Positions 10,226-19,511 of a stretch of DNA of 64,000 bases are shown one piece after another. Below the pieces are notes generated by a model. That model saw nothing but the letters and a program-made list of their open reading frames with translations, was not told the origin of the DNA and made no database searches. The translations under genes were made by a program, and so were the position numbers. Position 1 is the stretch's first letter; each line of letters begins with the position of its first letter. The stretch is taken from contig CAWHAH010000002.1 in NCBI GenBank assembly GCA_963827205.1, forward strand, positions 57,369-121,368, given 5' to 3'. Origin of the DNA: an uncultured Verrucomicrobiae bacterium (GTDB lineage: Bacteria; Verrucomicrobiota; Verrucomicrobiia; Limisphaerales; UBA11358).

Positions 10226-10759
10226 TCATTTACAATTCGCCACGATTTCGTCGGCTTTGTTGTGGCTGACATCTTCGTAAAAGGCGTCGTTGCACATCAT
10301 CACCGGCGCGGTGCCGCAACTGGCGAGACATTCGACGAATTCGACCGTGAACCTTCCGTCCTTCGTCGTTTGCGGGCCATGCGCGTGCGCGTCCAGGCCC
10401 AGCTTCTCGCAAAAATGTTGGTGCAGAGCATACGCGCCGCCCAGCGCGCAACTCAATGTCCGGCAGACCTTGATTTGATATTTGCCCATCGGCTGCTGCC
10501 GCAGCATCGGATAAAACGTCACCAGTTCGTAAACGTTGATGGGCTGCAATTCGAGTTTCCGTGCCGTCCACTCGACCGCCTCCTGCGAAATCCAGCCGAA
10601 TCGTTCCTGGACGGCGTGCAGCACCATGAGCGACGCGGCGCGCTTGACGGGATAATGCGTGATGAGCTCGTTCACCTCGGCTTCCAACGCGGCGGGCACG
10701 ACGAAACCGCCCTGTTGCCGGAGCGGATTCGGAATCGGTTCGGTGTGCGCGGCGTTCAT
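10226..10759 (-). CDS. nuoE: NADH-quinone oxidoreductase subunit E
   Basis: VTFYPM, VCRTLSCALGG, VECLASCGTAPVM; ATG overlaps the nuoD stop. Confidence 0.95.
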   Translation of the reverse strand: MNAAHTEPIPNPLRQQGGFVVPAALEAEVNELITHYPVKRAASLMVLHAVQERFGWISQEAVEWTARKLELQPINVYELVTFYPMLRQQPMGKYQIKVCRTLSCALGGAYALHQHFCEKLGLDAHAHGPQTTKDGRFTVEFVECLASCGTAPVMMCNDAFYEDVSHNKADEIVANCK

Positions 10760-12028
10760 CGGTCGCACTCTCCCATCACGAAATCGAGCGAACCCAGAAT
10801 CGCCACGGTGTCGCTGACGAGGCAGCCGGGGAAAATTTTGGGGATGATGCTCAGGTTCACAAAACTGGGCGCGCGAATCTTCATCCGGTAAGGCGTGCCG
10901 CCGCCCTTGCTGTTGATGTAAAAACCGAGTTCGCCTTTCGGGTTTTCGTGGCCGAAATAAATTTCACCGGGCGGACAATTCACGCCCTGTGTCACAAGAA
11001 TGAATTGATGAATCAATTCCTCCATCTTCGTCATCACCTTTTGCTTCGGGGGCAAAACGATCTTGCCATCCGGCACGTTCACCGGCTCCTTCGTTTTATT
11101 GTCCGCGCCGCCGGGGATTTTTTGGATGCACTGCTCCAAAATGCGGACGCTCTGGCGCATTTCCTCCATGCGCACGAGGTAACGGTCATAGCAATCGCCG
11201 ACCGAGCCGACCGGAATGTCGAATTCCAAATCCTTGTAGCACAGATACGGCTGCTGCCTTGCGCAAGTCCCACTCGATGCCACTGCCGCGCAAATTCGGA
11301 CCACTCAAGCCGTAGTCAATCGCGTCTTCCTTTGAAATCACGGCGAGGTTTCGGACGCGGTCCACCCAGATGCGATTGCGCGTGAGCAGCGTCTCAACTT
11401 CGTTGAGCGCAGGGATGAATTCGTCGCAAAATTTTTGGCACTGGTCCAGCCAGCCCGGCGGCAAATCACGCATCACGCCGCCGATGCGCGTGTAACTGGT
11501 GGTGAAACGGGCGCCGCTGATGGCCTCGGCCAGATTGTAAATTTTCTCACGGTCGGTGAACGTGAGCAGAAACACCGTCACCGCGCCCAAGTCCATCGCG
11601 AACGCTCCAAGGCCAAGCAAATGCGAGGAAATGCGCGCCAATTCCGCGCACATCACGCGGATGTACTGGCAGCGCGGCGGCAAATCGTTTTCGATGCCGA
11701 GCAGTTTTTCCACCGCGAGCGCGTAGGCGACGTTGTTGGCCAGCGGCGCAAGGTAATCCAATCGGTCCGTGTAGGGAATGAACTGGGTGTAGGTCATGTT
11801 CTCGGCGATTTTTTCGTCGCCGCGATGCAAATAGCCCACGTCCGGATCGGCCTTGGTGATGATTTCGCCGTCCAGTTCGAGCACGATGCGCAACACGCCG
11901 TGCGTGGCCGGATGCGACGGCCCCATGTTCAGGACCATCTTCTCGCCCTGAACGTCCTGAAGCTCTTCCGCCGCCTGCGCCGTTCGCGCAGCAGAATCGC
12001 GAATTCCGATGTCTTGAACCGTGGCCAT
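10756..12028 (-). CDS. nuoD: NADH-quinone oxidoreductase subunit D, one apparent extra base near 11255
   Basis: LNMGPSHPATHGVLR, GYLHRG..K, RLDY in one frame; GDCYDRY, ENPKGELG, GSLDFVMGECDR in the next; DLRKAQPYLCY is restored by removing one base. Confidence 0.93.
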
Positions 12029-12033
12029 GAAAA

Positions 12034-12612
12034 TTATCCTTCGGGATTGCGCACGCGCGGTTCGCGTTCGATGGCGTCCTCGCCGCCGGCCACGGTTACG
12101 AACGGCCCGCCTTCGAGTGGTGCGGATTTGGTGAACGCGACGCCCGGAAGGTCGCTTGATTTGCCGGCAAGCGGGAAATCCTTGCGCAGAGGGAAATATG
12201 GATAGCCTTCCCACATCAATATCCGGCGCAAATCGGGATGCCCGCGGAACCGGACGCCCATCATGTCATAGATTTCACGCTCGTGCCAGTTGGCGGTCTT
12301 CCAAACTGTGGTGACGGTCGGCAGTTCGGATTTTTCCTCACTCACCCCGATTTTGAACCGTAACTCACCGCCGTGCCGGAGGCCGCGTAAATGGTAAACA
12401 ATTGTCCAGCGCGGATCGTCGCCGTAGTTGTCCACGCTGCTGATGTCCACGAGATAATTGAAATCCAGATCGTTCTTCGCGTAGCGGCAGACATCGGCGA
12501 TTTTCTCGGCATCAGCGATTTTAAGGGTGATTTCGCCGCGAAATTCAGCAGGTTCGGCGATGAGATCGCCAAACCTGGCCTTTAATTTCTGTGCGGATTC
12601 GAGCGAAGTCAT
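12034..12612 (-). CDS. nuoC: NADH-quinone oxidoreductase subunit C
   Basis: ANWHEREIYDMMGVRFRGHPDLRRILM..YFPLRKDFP. Confidence 0.95.
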   Translation of the reverse strand: MTSLESAQKLKARFGDLIAEPAEFRGEITLKIADAEKIADVCRYAKNDLDFNYLVDISSVDNYGDDPRWTIVYHLRGLRHGGELRFKIGVSEEKSELPTVTTVWKTANWHEREIYDMMGVRFRGHPDLRRILMWEGYPYFPLRKDFPLAGKSSDLPGVAFTKSAPLEGGPFVTVAGGEDAIEREPRVRNPEG

Positions 12613-12630
12613 TTTGAAGAGCGGCAATTC

Positions 12631-12754
12631 AATGACGAATAACCAAACCCTGATGACGAAAGAATGACGAGGCACAAATGACTAAAACCTGCGCCATTCC
12701 TCATTTGGACATTTGGAAATTCTTTAGTCATTCGGATTCAGGAATTAGTCATTT
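12631..12754. repeat. Degenerate inverted 7-bp-period array (AATGACG/AATGACT ... GTCATT)
   Basis: aatgacgaataacc...aatgacg..aatgact / catttggacatttgg..tagtcattc..tagtcattt in the nuoB-nuoC gap. Confidence 0.65.
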
Positions 12755-12777
12755 GCTTCCTTGCGCTCTCACATCAA

Positions 12778-13308
12778 TCAAGCGGTTTGATGTTTGAACG
12801 CTTTGACCGCCATGAGATTCTCCAGCACCGGTTGGGTGCTGATTTTGTTCTGCAATTTGATCAGCGCGTCGAGCACGGCTTCCGGCCTCGGCGGGCAGCC
12901 GGACACGTAAACGTCCACCGGAATGATGTTGTCCACGCCTTGCAATACGGCGTAGCTGCGATACATGCCGCCGGTCGAGGCGCAGGCGCCCATGGCGATG
13001 ACCCATTTCGGCTCCGGCATCTGGTCGTAAATGCGTTTGACGGCCATCGCCATTTTGTAGGTGACCGTGCCGGCCACAATCATGCAGTCTGACTGGCGGG
13101 GGGAAAAACGCATGACTTCGGACCCAAACCGGGAAATGTCGAACCGGCTGGCGCCCGCCGCCATCAATTCGATGGCGCAGCAGGCCAGGCCCATCGGCAT
13201 CGGCCAGACGGAATTTTTGCGAAACCAGTTCAACGCCGCGTCCACCCGGGTGACGATGACGTCGCCTTCGATCTTCGTGTTGTAACCCACTTCAGTTTCG
13301 GTTCGCAT
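12778..13308 (-). CDS. nuoB: NADH-quinone oxidoreductase subunit B
   Basis: [34 protein letters not shown]. Confidence 0.96.
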   Translation of the reverse strand: MRTETEVGYNTKIEGDVIVTRVDAALNWFRKNSVWPMPMGLACCAIELMAAGASRFDISRFGSEVMRFSPRQSDCMIVAGTVTYKMAMAVKRIYDQMPEPKWVIAMGACASTGGMYRSYAVLQGVDNIIPVDVYVSGCPPRPEAVLDALIKLQNKISTQPVLENLMAVKAFKHQTA

Positions 13309-13510
13309 AAACACAGCGCGCCCTGAATCGGGCGCGGGAACAACGTAATCGGGGCGGAAAAGCGAGGCAAGTTGAATTTGTGATTTTTTTCACAAGACGA
13401 CTTAATTTCACGCAAATTTAACAAACGCAGATTGCATCATCATGTTATCAAGTTGCGCTTGTGACCGGCGGCGGCTGGTATAGCATTGGCATCTGCGGCG
13501 GGTGAGAATT

Positions 13511-14260
13511 ATGAAAACTTTTGCGGAATTGAACTTTCCCGGACGGCTCGTTGCGGTCGAGGGCCTCGACGGCTCGGGCAAGTCCACGCAAATTTATCTG
13601 CTCAAGCGCTGGCTCGAGGCCGAGGGCATCAAGGTCTATTTCAGCGAGTGGAACTCCTCCGAACTCGTGAAATCCGCCACGAGCAAGGGAAAAAAGCGCG
13701 AGTTGCTGACGCCGACGACGTTCAGCCTCATCCACGCGACGGACTTTGCCGACCGTTATGAGCGGCACCTGCTGCCGTTGCTGCGCGCGGGCTATGTCGT
13801 GTTGTGCGACCGCTACATTTTTACGGCGTTCGCGCGCGACGTAGTGCGTGGTTGCCCGCCCGAATGGGTGCGCGGCATTTACAGTTTCGCCGCGCAGCCC
13901 GACCTCACGTTTTTCTTCAAGGCGGATTTGGAGGTGTCGCTTAACCGCATCCTCGAAGGCCGGCCCAAGTTGAAGTTTTTCGAAGCGGGCATGGATCTGC
14001 GGCTGTCGAGCGATCCCTACGAAAGTTTCCGCATCTTTCAAGGCCGCATTCTGGAGCAGTATATGGCGATGAGCGCGGAATTTCATTTCGTGGTGACGGA
14101 CGCCAATCAAAATGTGGAAACGCAGCAGGCCGCCGTCCGCAAACTGGTTGGGGAGCGGATTGACCTGGAACGTTTCCGGCGCCGCAGCCCATTGCCGTTG
14201 CCGCCACCCATGCAGCGCACCAACAAGGTTGAGGAAATGGAGGAGGATTCGGCCGCATGA
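13511..14260 (+). CDS. Thymidylate kinase-like protein 1
   Basis: VEGLDGSGKST P-loop, LCDRY motif, PDL. Confidence 0.85.
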   Translation: MKTFAELNFPGRLVAVEGLDGSGKSTQIYLLKRWLEAEGIKVYFSEWNSSELVKSATSKGKKRELLTPTTFSLIHATDFADRYERHLLPLLRAGYVVLCDRYIFTAFARDVVRGCPPEWVRGIYSFAAQPDLTFFFKADLEVSLNRILEGRPKLKFFEAGMDLRLSSDPYESFRIFQGRILEQYMAMSAEFHFVVTDANQNVETQQAAVRKLVGERIDLERFRRRSPLPLPPPMQRTNKVEEMEEDSAA

Positions 14261-14985
14261 ACACGAACATCGTCAAGCCAGTTGCCGGGCGGACCAGTCA
14301 TCGCCGTTTCTACGGCCATGGCATTCCCCGTGTGCGGCTGGAAGACCTGGCAGGCAAATTGATCGTGGTCGAGGGCGCGGACGGTTCGGGCCGCTCCACG
14401 CAAATCGCGCGGCTGGTGGACTGGCTGGAAACCAGCGGCCACGCCACGGTGCAGGTCGGCCTCAAACGTTCCACGCTCGTCAGTTCCGAACTCGACAAGG
14501 CGCAGGAAGGAAATATTTTGAGCCGGACGACGTTGAGTCTGTTTTACGCGACGGATTTCGCCGACCAGTTGGAAAACATCATTTTGCCGGCGCTCAAGGC
14601 CGGGCTCATCGTGCTGTCCGACCGTTACATTTACACGCTCATGGCGCGCGACGTGGTCCGCGGCATGGACGAAGGGTGGCTGAAAAACCTTTATGGCATC
14701 GCGCTGGAACCGGACGCGGTTTTCTATCTCGAAGTCGGGGCCGAAGAACTGGTGCAGCGGAACCTTTCGAAAAAGGCGGCGCTGGATTACTGGGAAAGCG
14801 GCATGGACCTCGGCCTGTCGCGCGACATGTTCGACAGCTTCCTGAAATATCAGATGGCCATGCAGACCGTCTTCCGCCAATTGCAGAAGACTTACGGTTT
14901 CACCATCGTGGACGGCAATCGCTCCGTGGAGACGATCACGGAAGCGTTGTGGGGAAAAATTCGCGCGTTGCTGGCGGAAAAATAA
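14257..14985 (+). CDS. Thymidylate kinase-like protein 2 (P-loop Lys replaced by Arg)
   Basis: VEGADGSGRST, LSDRY; ATGA overlap with the upstream paralog. Confidence 0.82.
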   Translation: MNTNIVKPVAGRTSHRRFYGHGIPRVRLEDLAGKLIVVEGADGSGRSTQIARLVDWLETSGHATVQVGLKRSTLVSSELDKAQEGNILSRTTLSLFYATDFADQLENIILPALKAGLIVLSDRYIYTLMARDVVRGMDEGWLKNLYGIALEPDAVFYLEVGAEELVQRNLSKKAALDYWESGMDLGLSRDMFDSFLKYQMAMQTVFRQLQKTYGFTIVDGNRSVETITEALWGKIRALLAEK

Positions 14986-14991
14986 AAAACA

Positions 14992-15474
14992 TCAGGAACT
15001 CCGCGGCGGAACATTGGTGGCCGCATCGGGCGGTGGGTTGATCGGCGGCAAGGTTGCGGGCGCGTTCGTGGGCGCCGTCGGCCGGCGCGGGGAAAGCTGT
15101 TTCATCAACCCTTCAAACTGTTTCCTTTGCTCCGGCGTCAACACGGCGCGAATGCGCTGGCGCACATCCTGCGAGACGAGCCGCCAAAGATCGCGGCTGC
15201 GTTCCTGGCCGTCGGCGATGATTTTCCCGATTTTTTCGCGCTGTTCCGGCGTCAGGTGCAAAGCTGCATCCAGTTGTTCGACAAACTGCTGGTTCAGCAT
15301 TTGCGGGCGCGGCAATTGCGATTCCTGGGAACCGGGCCGGTCATGGCGCGCCCCGGCGAACGGCCGGCGGATTTCCGGGTGCGCGCGTTCAACGTAATTG
15401 ACGAGCAACCCGCCCGTCACCACGCCGCAGCCAAAAATCACCACGGTGGCCAGAATGATCTTCCAGGAATTCAC
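14992..15474 (-). CDS. Membrane-anchored Spy/CpxP-like helical protein
   Basis: N-terminal hydrophobic anchor, two LTPEQR motifs; third gene of the ECF cluster. Confidence 0.7.
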   Translation of the reverse strand: MNSWKIILATVVIFGCGVVTGGLLVNYVERAHPEIRRPFAGARHDRPGSQESQLPRPQMLNQQFVEQLDAALHLTPEQREKIGKIIADGQERSRDLWRLVSQDVRQRIRAVLTPEQRKQFEGLMKQLSPRRPTAPTNAPATLPPINPPPDAATNVPPRSS

Positions 15475-15776
15475 TGTGCTTGGTCGTTTTGATCCACTGA
15501 AGCCAGCAGCGTGTTCTCAAAATTCTGCGAGAGGTCGGCGGAATTGGATGAGGCTGTCGAGTTGACGAAGACCCATACGCCGAGCAATAACACAATCGCC
15601 ACACAGGAGGCCGCCGCCTGCCAAAGCCTGCGGGTCCACAACCCCCACTGGTCCGCCCCGGTGCGTGACGCCAGCAACGCCATGACGCGTTTTTCAAAGG
15701 CGTAAGGCACGCGGTCATCCGGCGCCTGGGCACGGGCGGCAGCGAGCAATTTCTCTTGCAGTTCGGCGATGTTCAT
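15471..15776 (-). CDS. Putative anti-sigma factor (single transmembrane helix)
   Basis: VPYAFEKRVMA plus one TM helix, directly downstream of the ECF sigma gene. Confidence 0.7.
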   Translation of the reverse strand: MNIAELQEKLLAAARAQAPDDRVPYAFEKRVMALLASRTGADQWGLWTRRLWQAAASCVAIVLLLGVWVFVNSTASSNSADLSQNFENTLLASVDQNDQAQ

Positions 15777-15815
15777 TCAGACACAATTTATCAGACGAGC
15801 GGTTGGGGTTCCGGG

Positions 15816-16391
15816 TTACAGATACTTCCCCGTCGCCATTTTCATCAGGATTTTCCGCATCTCCGCGCGCGCCCGGAATGCGCGCACCTTCACCAGCGGC
15901 ACCGACCAACCGGTAAGTTGGGCGATTTCCCTGACCGACCGGTCCTCAATCTCCAGCAGTGTGATGACCAGCCGCGCCGGCGGTGACAGCTTTTCCAGCA
16001 CGCGTCCGACCAGCAACCTTGCCGCGTCGGCGGTTTCAGCGGCGGTTTCGGGTTGGGTGACAAAACGTTCCAACCAATCGGCTTCCGGCCCGGTCAAATC
16101 CGAAAACGCCGACTCCCGATTGCGCTGGTGGCCGCGCAAAAAATCGTAGCACGTCCGCACCGTCAGGCGCATCAGCCAGTGCTCAAACGGCGCTTCACCA
16201 CGGAAGCTGTTGAGTTTTTCAAACGCCTTGAGCCAGACCTCCTGCGCGATGTCTTCAATCTCGCTTTCACGGCGGGCGTAACGGCGGACGGTGGCGAAAA
16301 CACGCGGCGAATATTTTTGAACCAGCGGCTCGAAACTCGCGGGGTCGCCTTGCAAGACCGCGGCAATCAACTCCGCCTCAGTCCGTTCCAT
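15816..16391 (-). CDS. ECF RNA polymerase sigma factor
   Basis: EDIAQEVWLKAF..L.SFRG..FEHWL; region 4 SVREIAQLTG...VKVRAFRAR. Confidence 0.93.
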   Translation of the reverse strand: MERTEAELIAAVLQGDPASFEPLVQKYSPRVFATVRRYARRESEIEDIAQEVWLKAFEKLNSFRGEAPFEHWLMRLTVRTCYDFLRGHQRNRESAFSDLTGPEADWLERFVTQPETAAETADAARLLVGRVLEKLSPPARLVITLLEIEDRSVREIAQLTGWSVPLVKVRAFRARAEMRKILMKMATGKYL

Positions 16392-16452
16392 GTCGCGATT
16401 ATGCCGGGAGTTTGGTCCCGGCCAAAGGCAAAATCCGTTCCGGCTGACACGC

Positions 16453-16707
16453 TCAAGGCCGCGTGATGTGAAGCGCCCCCTCGAAGTCGCGGGAAAATTG
16501 CGAAATGGCCCCGGTGATTTTGCGTGGCTGCTCGATCAGGGTGTCCCACATGTTCCCGGCGTTTTCCGGGCGGCGTCGAATCAACTCGACCGCCGCCGTC
16601 ATCAGCGACAGGCTGTTGTTCACGTCGTGGCGCAGGTCGGCGAGTTTCTGGTTGAACTCGCGTATCTGCTCGGTGCTCAAGGTGACGGGTTCATTCGGCA
16701 AAGGCAT
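16453..16707 (-). CDS. Small stand-alone HisKA/DHp-like protein
   Basis: 84 aa; H-box-like LADLRHDVNNSLSLM; no ATPase domain. Confidence 0.6.
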   Translation of the reverse strand: MPLPNEPVTLSTEQIREFNQKLADLRHDVNNSLSLMTAAVELIRRRPENAGNMWDTLIEQPRKITGAISQFSRDFEGALHITRP

Positions 16708-16764
16708 TCCGGAAGATGCTCACAGTGCGGGGCGAAATCAAGCGGGTTTCCCGAAAGAGTGAAT

Positions 16765-16841
16765 TGGAGCGAGCGAAGGGATTCGAACCCTCGACACTCA
16801 CGTTGGCAACGTGATGCTCTACCAGGCTGAGCTACGCTCGC
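16765..16841 (-). tRNA. tRNA-Gly(GCC)
   Basis: Acceptor GCGAGCG/CGCTCGC, TCACG-TTGCCAA-CGTGA, GTTCGAATC, CCA. Confidence 0.96.
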
Positions 16842-16893
16842 TTCCAGAAAGGCGGGAAGGCTATGCCCGCCCGCGGAATTTGCAAGCCTGATT

Positions 16894-17328
16894 TCAGGCC
16901 GGCTTGGTCGAACCGCCCAGCACCGAACGGATCACCTTGAGCAAATCGTCGTGGTCAATCGGTTTGTGGAAAAACGCCACGGCGCCGCTGCTCGTGGCCC
17001 GTTGCTTGTATTTGGGGTCTTCGCTGCCGGTGATGATGATGATGGGAATTTTTTTAGCGGTGTCCAGCCGTTGAAACCATTCCATGACACGAAAGCCGTC
17101 CCACGGCACACCGTCCACGGCCGGCGGAAATCCGATGTCCAGCAGGATTAAATCAGGATTTTCCTTGCGCGCGGCGGCGACGGCTTCCGCCCCGTCCAAC
17201 GCGGTGAAGACCTGATAACCAGCCCCCTGCAGTTTCAGAGAAACTGTTTTAAGGATGATCTCGTTATCATCCACCACCAGAATTTTCTTTACCGGCCCGG
17301 ATGCGGATTCAGTTTTCATAAACGTCAT
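16894..17328 (-). CDS. Single-domain response regulator (start 17328 or 17319)
   Basis: KILVVDDN, PDLILLDI, IIIITG, FHKP. Confidence 0.9.
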   Translation of the reverse strand: MTFMKTESASGPVKKILVVDDNEIILKTVSLKLQGAGYQVFTALDGAEAVAAARKENPDLILLDIGFPPAVDGVPWDGFRVMEWFQRLDTAKKIPIIIITGSEDPKYKQRATSSGAVAFFHKPIDHDDLLKVIRSVLGGSTKPA

Positions 17329-17453
17329 TACCGAAACTCGGTTCGCATTTCCCCAACGGCGTTGTCGGCAAGAAATAGCAAACCGGACATGTCCTGCAAA
17401 GCACATTTTATGCCCTTTGACTTTGGTCCCGCCCCCCATGCTAAACTGCGCGT

Positions 17454-18182
17454 GTGAGCAATGTTTTTTATGTTCCGGGCGAACAACGCGCCGTGAAGGT
17501 CAACGACCTTTTCGCCGCCATTGCCCGGCGCTACGATTTGCTTAACGATCTGCAAAGTTTCGGCCTCCACCGCTGCTGGAAACGCTGCGTCGTCGAGCTT
17601 GCCGCCGTGAAACCCGGCGACCGGGCGCTGGATTTGTGCTGCGGCACCGGCGACCTGGCGCTGGCGCTCGCCCAACGCGGCGCGGAAGTCGTCGGCCTGG
17701 ATTTCAGCGGGGCCATGCTCGAAATCGCGGAAAAACGCCGGCAGAAAAATCCTGAATTCCAGGTTCACAATCTGAAATTCGTTCAGGGAGACGCGCAACA
17801 GATCCCGTTTCCCGATGCGATGTTCGACGCGGTCACCGTCGGTTATGGTTTGCGGAACCTGGCGAGTTGGGAAACCGGTCTGGCGGAAATGCGCCGCGTG
17901 GCCAAACCGGGCGGACGGCTGGTGGTGCTGGATTTTGGCAGGCCGGCGAATGCCGTTTGGCGCGCGGTTTATTTCACGCACCTTAAAATTTCCGTGCCGC
18001 TGCTGGGTTGGATTTTTTGCGGCAACGCGCAGGCTTACGCTTATATCCTCGAATCGCTGAAACATTATCCGGCGCAAAACGGCGTCGCGGAGAAAATGCG
18101 GGAACTGAAGCTGTCAAACGTGCGCGTCATCAATTTGCTCGGCGGGGCAATGGCCATCAACTACGGCGAGAAACCGGTTTGA
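17454..18182 (+). CDS. ubiE: UbiE/MenG family quinone C-methyltransferase
   Basis: F.AIARRYDLLND..SFGLH..W, LDLCCGTGD, YGLRN, AYAYILES. Confidence 0.9.
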   Translation: MSNVFYVPGEQRAVKVNDLFAAIARRYDLLNDLQSFGLHRCWKRCVVELAAVKPGDRALDLCCGTGDLALALAQRGAEVVGLDFSGAMLEIAEKRRQKNPEFQVHNLKFVQGDAQQIPFPDAMFDAVTVGYGLRNLASWETGLAEMRRVAKPGGRLVVLDFGRPANAVWRAVYFTHLKISVPLLGWIFCGNAQAYAYILESLKHYPAQNGVAEKMRELKLSNVRVINLLGGAMAINYGEKPV

Positions 18183-19029
18183 CCGGCAACTCGATTATTT
18201 GCAGCTCGCGCGCGGCTTCCACTTTCAGTTTTGCCCGCTGTCTGGCCACCAGTTGGCGTGCGTGCCTGACCAAGATGTCAATTTTTTTATCGTCATGATC
18301 CGGGTCGTGATGAAACAGGCAAAGTTGTTTGACCCCGGCTTTCAGCGCGAGCGCGACCGAATCGTCCACACATCCGTGTCCCCAACCGATGTGTTTCTTG
18401 TATTCCGCGGAATCATACTGCGAATCCAGAATCAGCACATCCACGTCGTGCAGGAATTCTATCGTCTCCCGGTCCTCACCGCCCTGGCGGGATTCGGCAT
18501 CAGGGAAAAACGCCACCAACCCTTCGGGCGAACGCAGCCGGTAACCCACGCACAACCCCGGATGGTTCGCCCGTAGCGCCCGCACACAGACCGAGCCGAT
18601 GTTGAGATTGAAATCCTTGAGCTCCTCAATTTCGATGTTGCTGGGCAGTTTGGCGAACGGCACGGGGAAATACGTGCTTTCCATCTGGCCGGTCAGCGCG
18701 TTCACCAGACCCTTGCGCGCGCCTTCCCCGCCGAGAATCCGCAGACGGCAGCGCGGATCGTAAATTGGCGCAAAGAACGGCAGACCTTGAATGTGGTCCC
18801 AATGCGTGTGCGTCAGCAGCAACGTCAGGTTCAGCGGCCGATTCCTGAATTCGGCCAGCAAGGCGCGACCCAGCGCGCGCAACCCCGTGCCTGCATCAAG
18901 GATGATGATGTCGTCAGCCGAACGCACCTCAACGCAGGACGTGTTGCCGCCATAACGCACCGTGGCCGGTCCCGGCGTGGGGATCGAGCCGCGCACACCC
19001 CAAAATTTTACGCAGGTGGCGGTTTTGAT
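18157..19029 (-). CDS. MBL-fold metallohydrolase
   Basis: VKFWGVRGSIPTPG, YGGNTSC, THTHWDHIQG, FHHDP; the conserved N-terminus extends to an ATC codon at 19029. Confidence 0.88.
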   Translation of the reverse strand: MKTATCVKFWGVRGSIPTPGPATVRYGGNTSCVEVRSADDIIILDAGTGLRALGRALLAEFRNRPLNLTLLLTHTHWDHIQGLPFFAPIYDPRCRLRILGGEGARKGLVNALTGQMESTYFPVPFAKLPSNIEIEELKDFNLNIGSVCVRALRANHPGLCVGYRLRSPEGLVAFFPDAESRQGGEDRETIEFLHDVDVLILDSQYDSAEYKKHIGWGHGCVDDSVALALKAGVKQLCLFHHDPDHDDKKIDILVRHARQLVARQRAKLKVEAARELQIIELPVKPVSRRS

Positions 19030-19096
19030 GGCGGCAATGTAGTGCGCGTCGGCGGAAAATAAAACTGAAAACCGCTCTCCGGGTCGCCGGAAAATC

Positions 19097-19125
19097 TTGC
19101 ATCGGCTGATGCGGCGGACTAATTT
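19097..19125 (+). promoter_or_regulatory. Putative sigma70 promoter of the tRNA-Lys repeat locus
   Basis: TTGCAT-17 nt-TAATTT, 13 nt before the first tRNA-like unit. Confidence 0.55.
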
Positions 19126-19138
19126 CCCGCGCTCCGGC

Positions 19139-19417
19139 GGGTTGGTAGCTCAGCCGGTAGGGCAGCCCCGAAAGTTTTCGGGGTTGGTCCCGGGGTCAGG
19201 GTGTTGACCTCGGGTTGTTGGATAAATTTTGGGGTTGGTAGCTCAGTCGGAAGAGCAGCCGCGAAAGTGTTCGGGGTTGGTCCCGGGGTCAGGGTGCTGA
19301 CCTCGGGTTGTTGGATGAATTTTGGGGTTGGTAGCTCAGTCGGAAGAGCAGCCGCGAAAGTGTTCGGGGTTGGTCCCGGGGTCAGGGTGCTGACCTCGGG
19401 TTGTTGGATAAAATTTG
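19139..19417 (+). repeat. Three tandem 93-bp tRNA-Lys-derived units
   Basis: Units start at 19139, 19232, 19325; the real tRNA starts at 19418 in the same register. Unit = tRNA 5' strand + D arm, 18-bp palindrome in place of the anticodon arm, TTGGTCCCGGG, then a different hairpin. Confidence 0.95.
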
Positions 19418-19493
19418 GGGTTGGTAGCTCAGTCGGTAGAGCAGCGGCCTTTTAAGCCGTTGGTCCCGGGTTCGAGTCCCGGCCAACCCACCA
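19418..19493 (+). tRNA. tRNA-Lys(TTT)
   Basis: Acceptor GGGTTGG/CCAACCC, GCGGC-CTTTTAA-GCCGT, CCGGG-TTCGAGT-CCCGG, ACCA; 76 nt. Confidence 0.97.
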
Positions 19494-19511
19494 ACTTCTT
19501 CAGGTAATCGC

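Noticed and set aside
980-12028. nuoL and nuoD as true pseudogenes or programmed frameshifts
   Set aside because: Scattered single-base indels with otherwise intact motifs and no slippery sites. Essential valS shows the same defect, so sequencing error is the simpler explanation; reads are needed to confirm.
19204-19228. Internal promoter TTGACC...TAAATT in repeat unit 1
   Set aside because: The spacer is only 13 nt and the -35 is CTGACC in units 2 and 3.
19139-19417. CRISPR array
   Set aside because: Whole 93-bp units repeat with no unique spacers, they derive from tRNA-Lys, and no cas genes are present.
19201-19455. 84-aa repetitive ORF (LTSGCW..FGVGSSVGRAAA)
   Set aside because: By-product of the 93-bp (31-codon) period; it runs into the tRNA gene.
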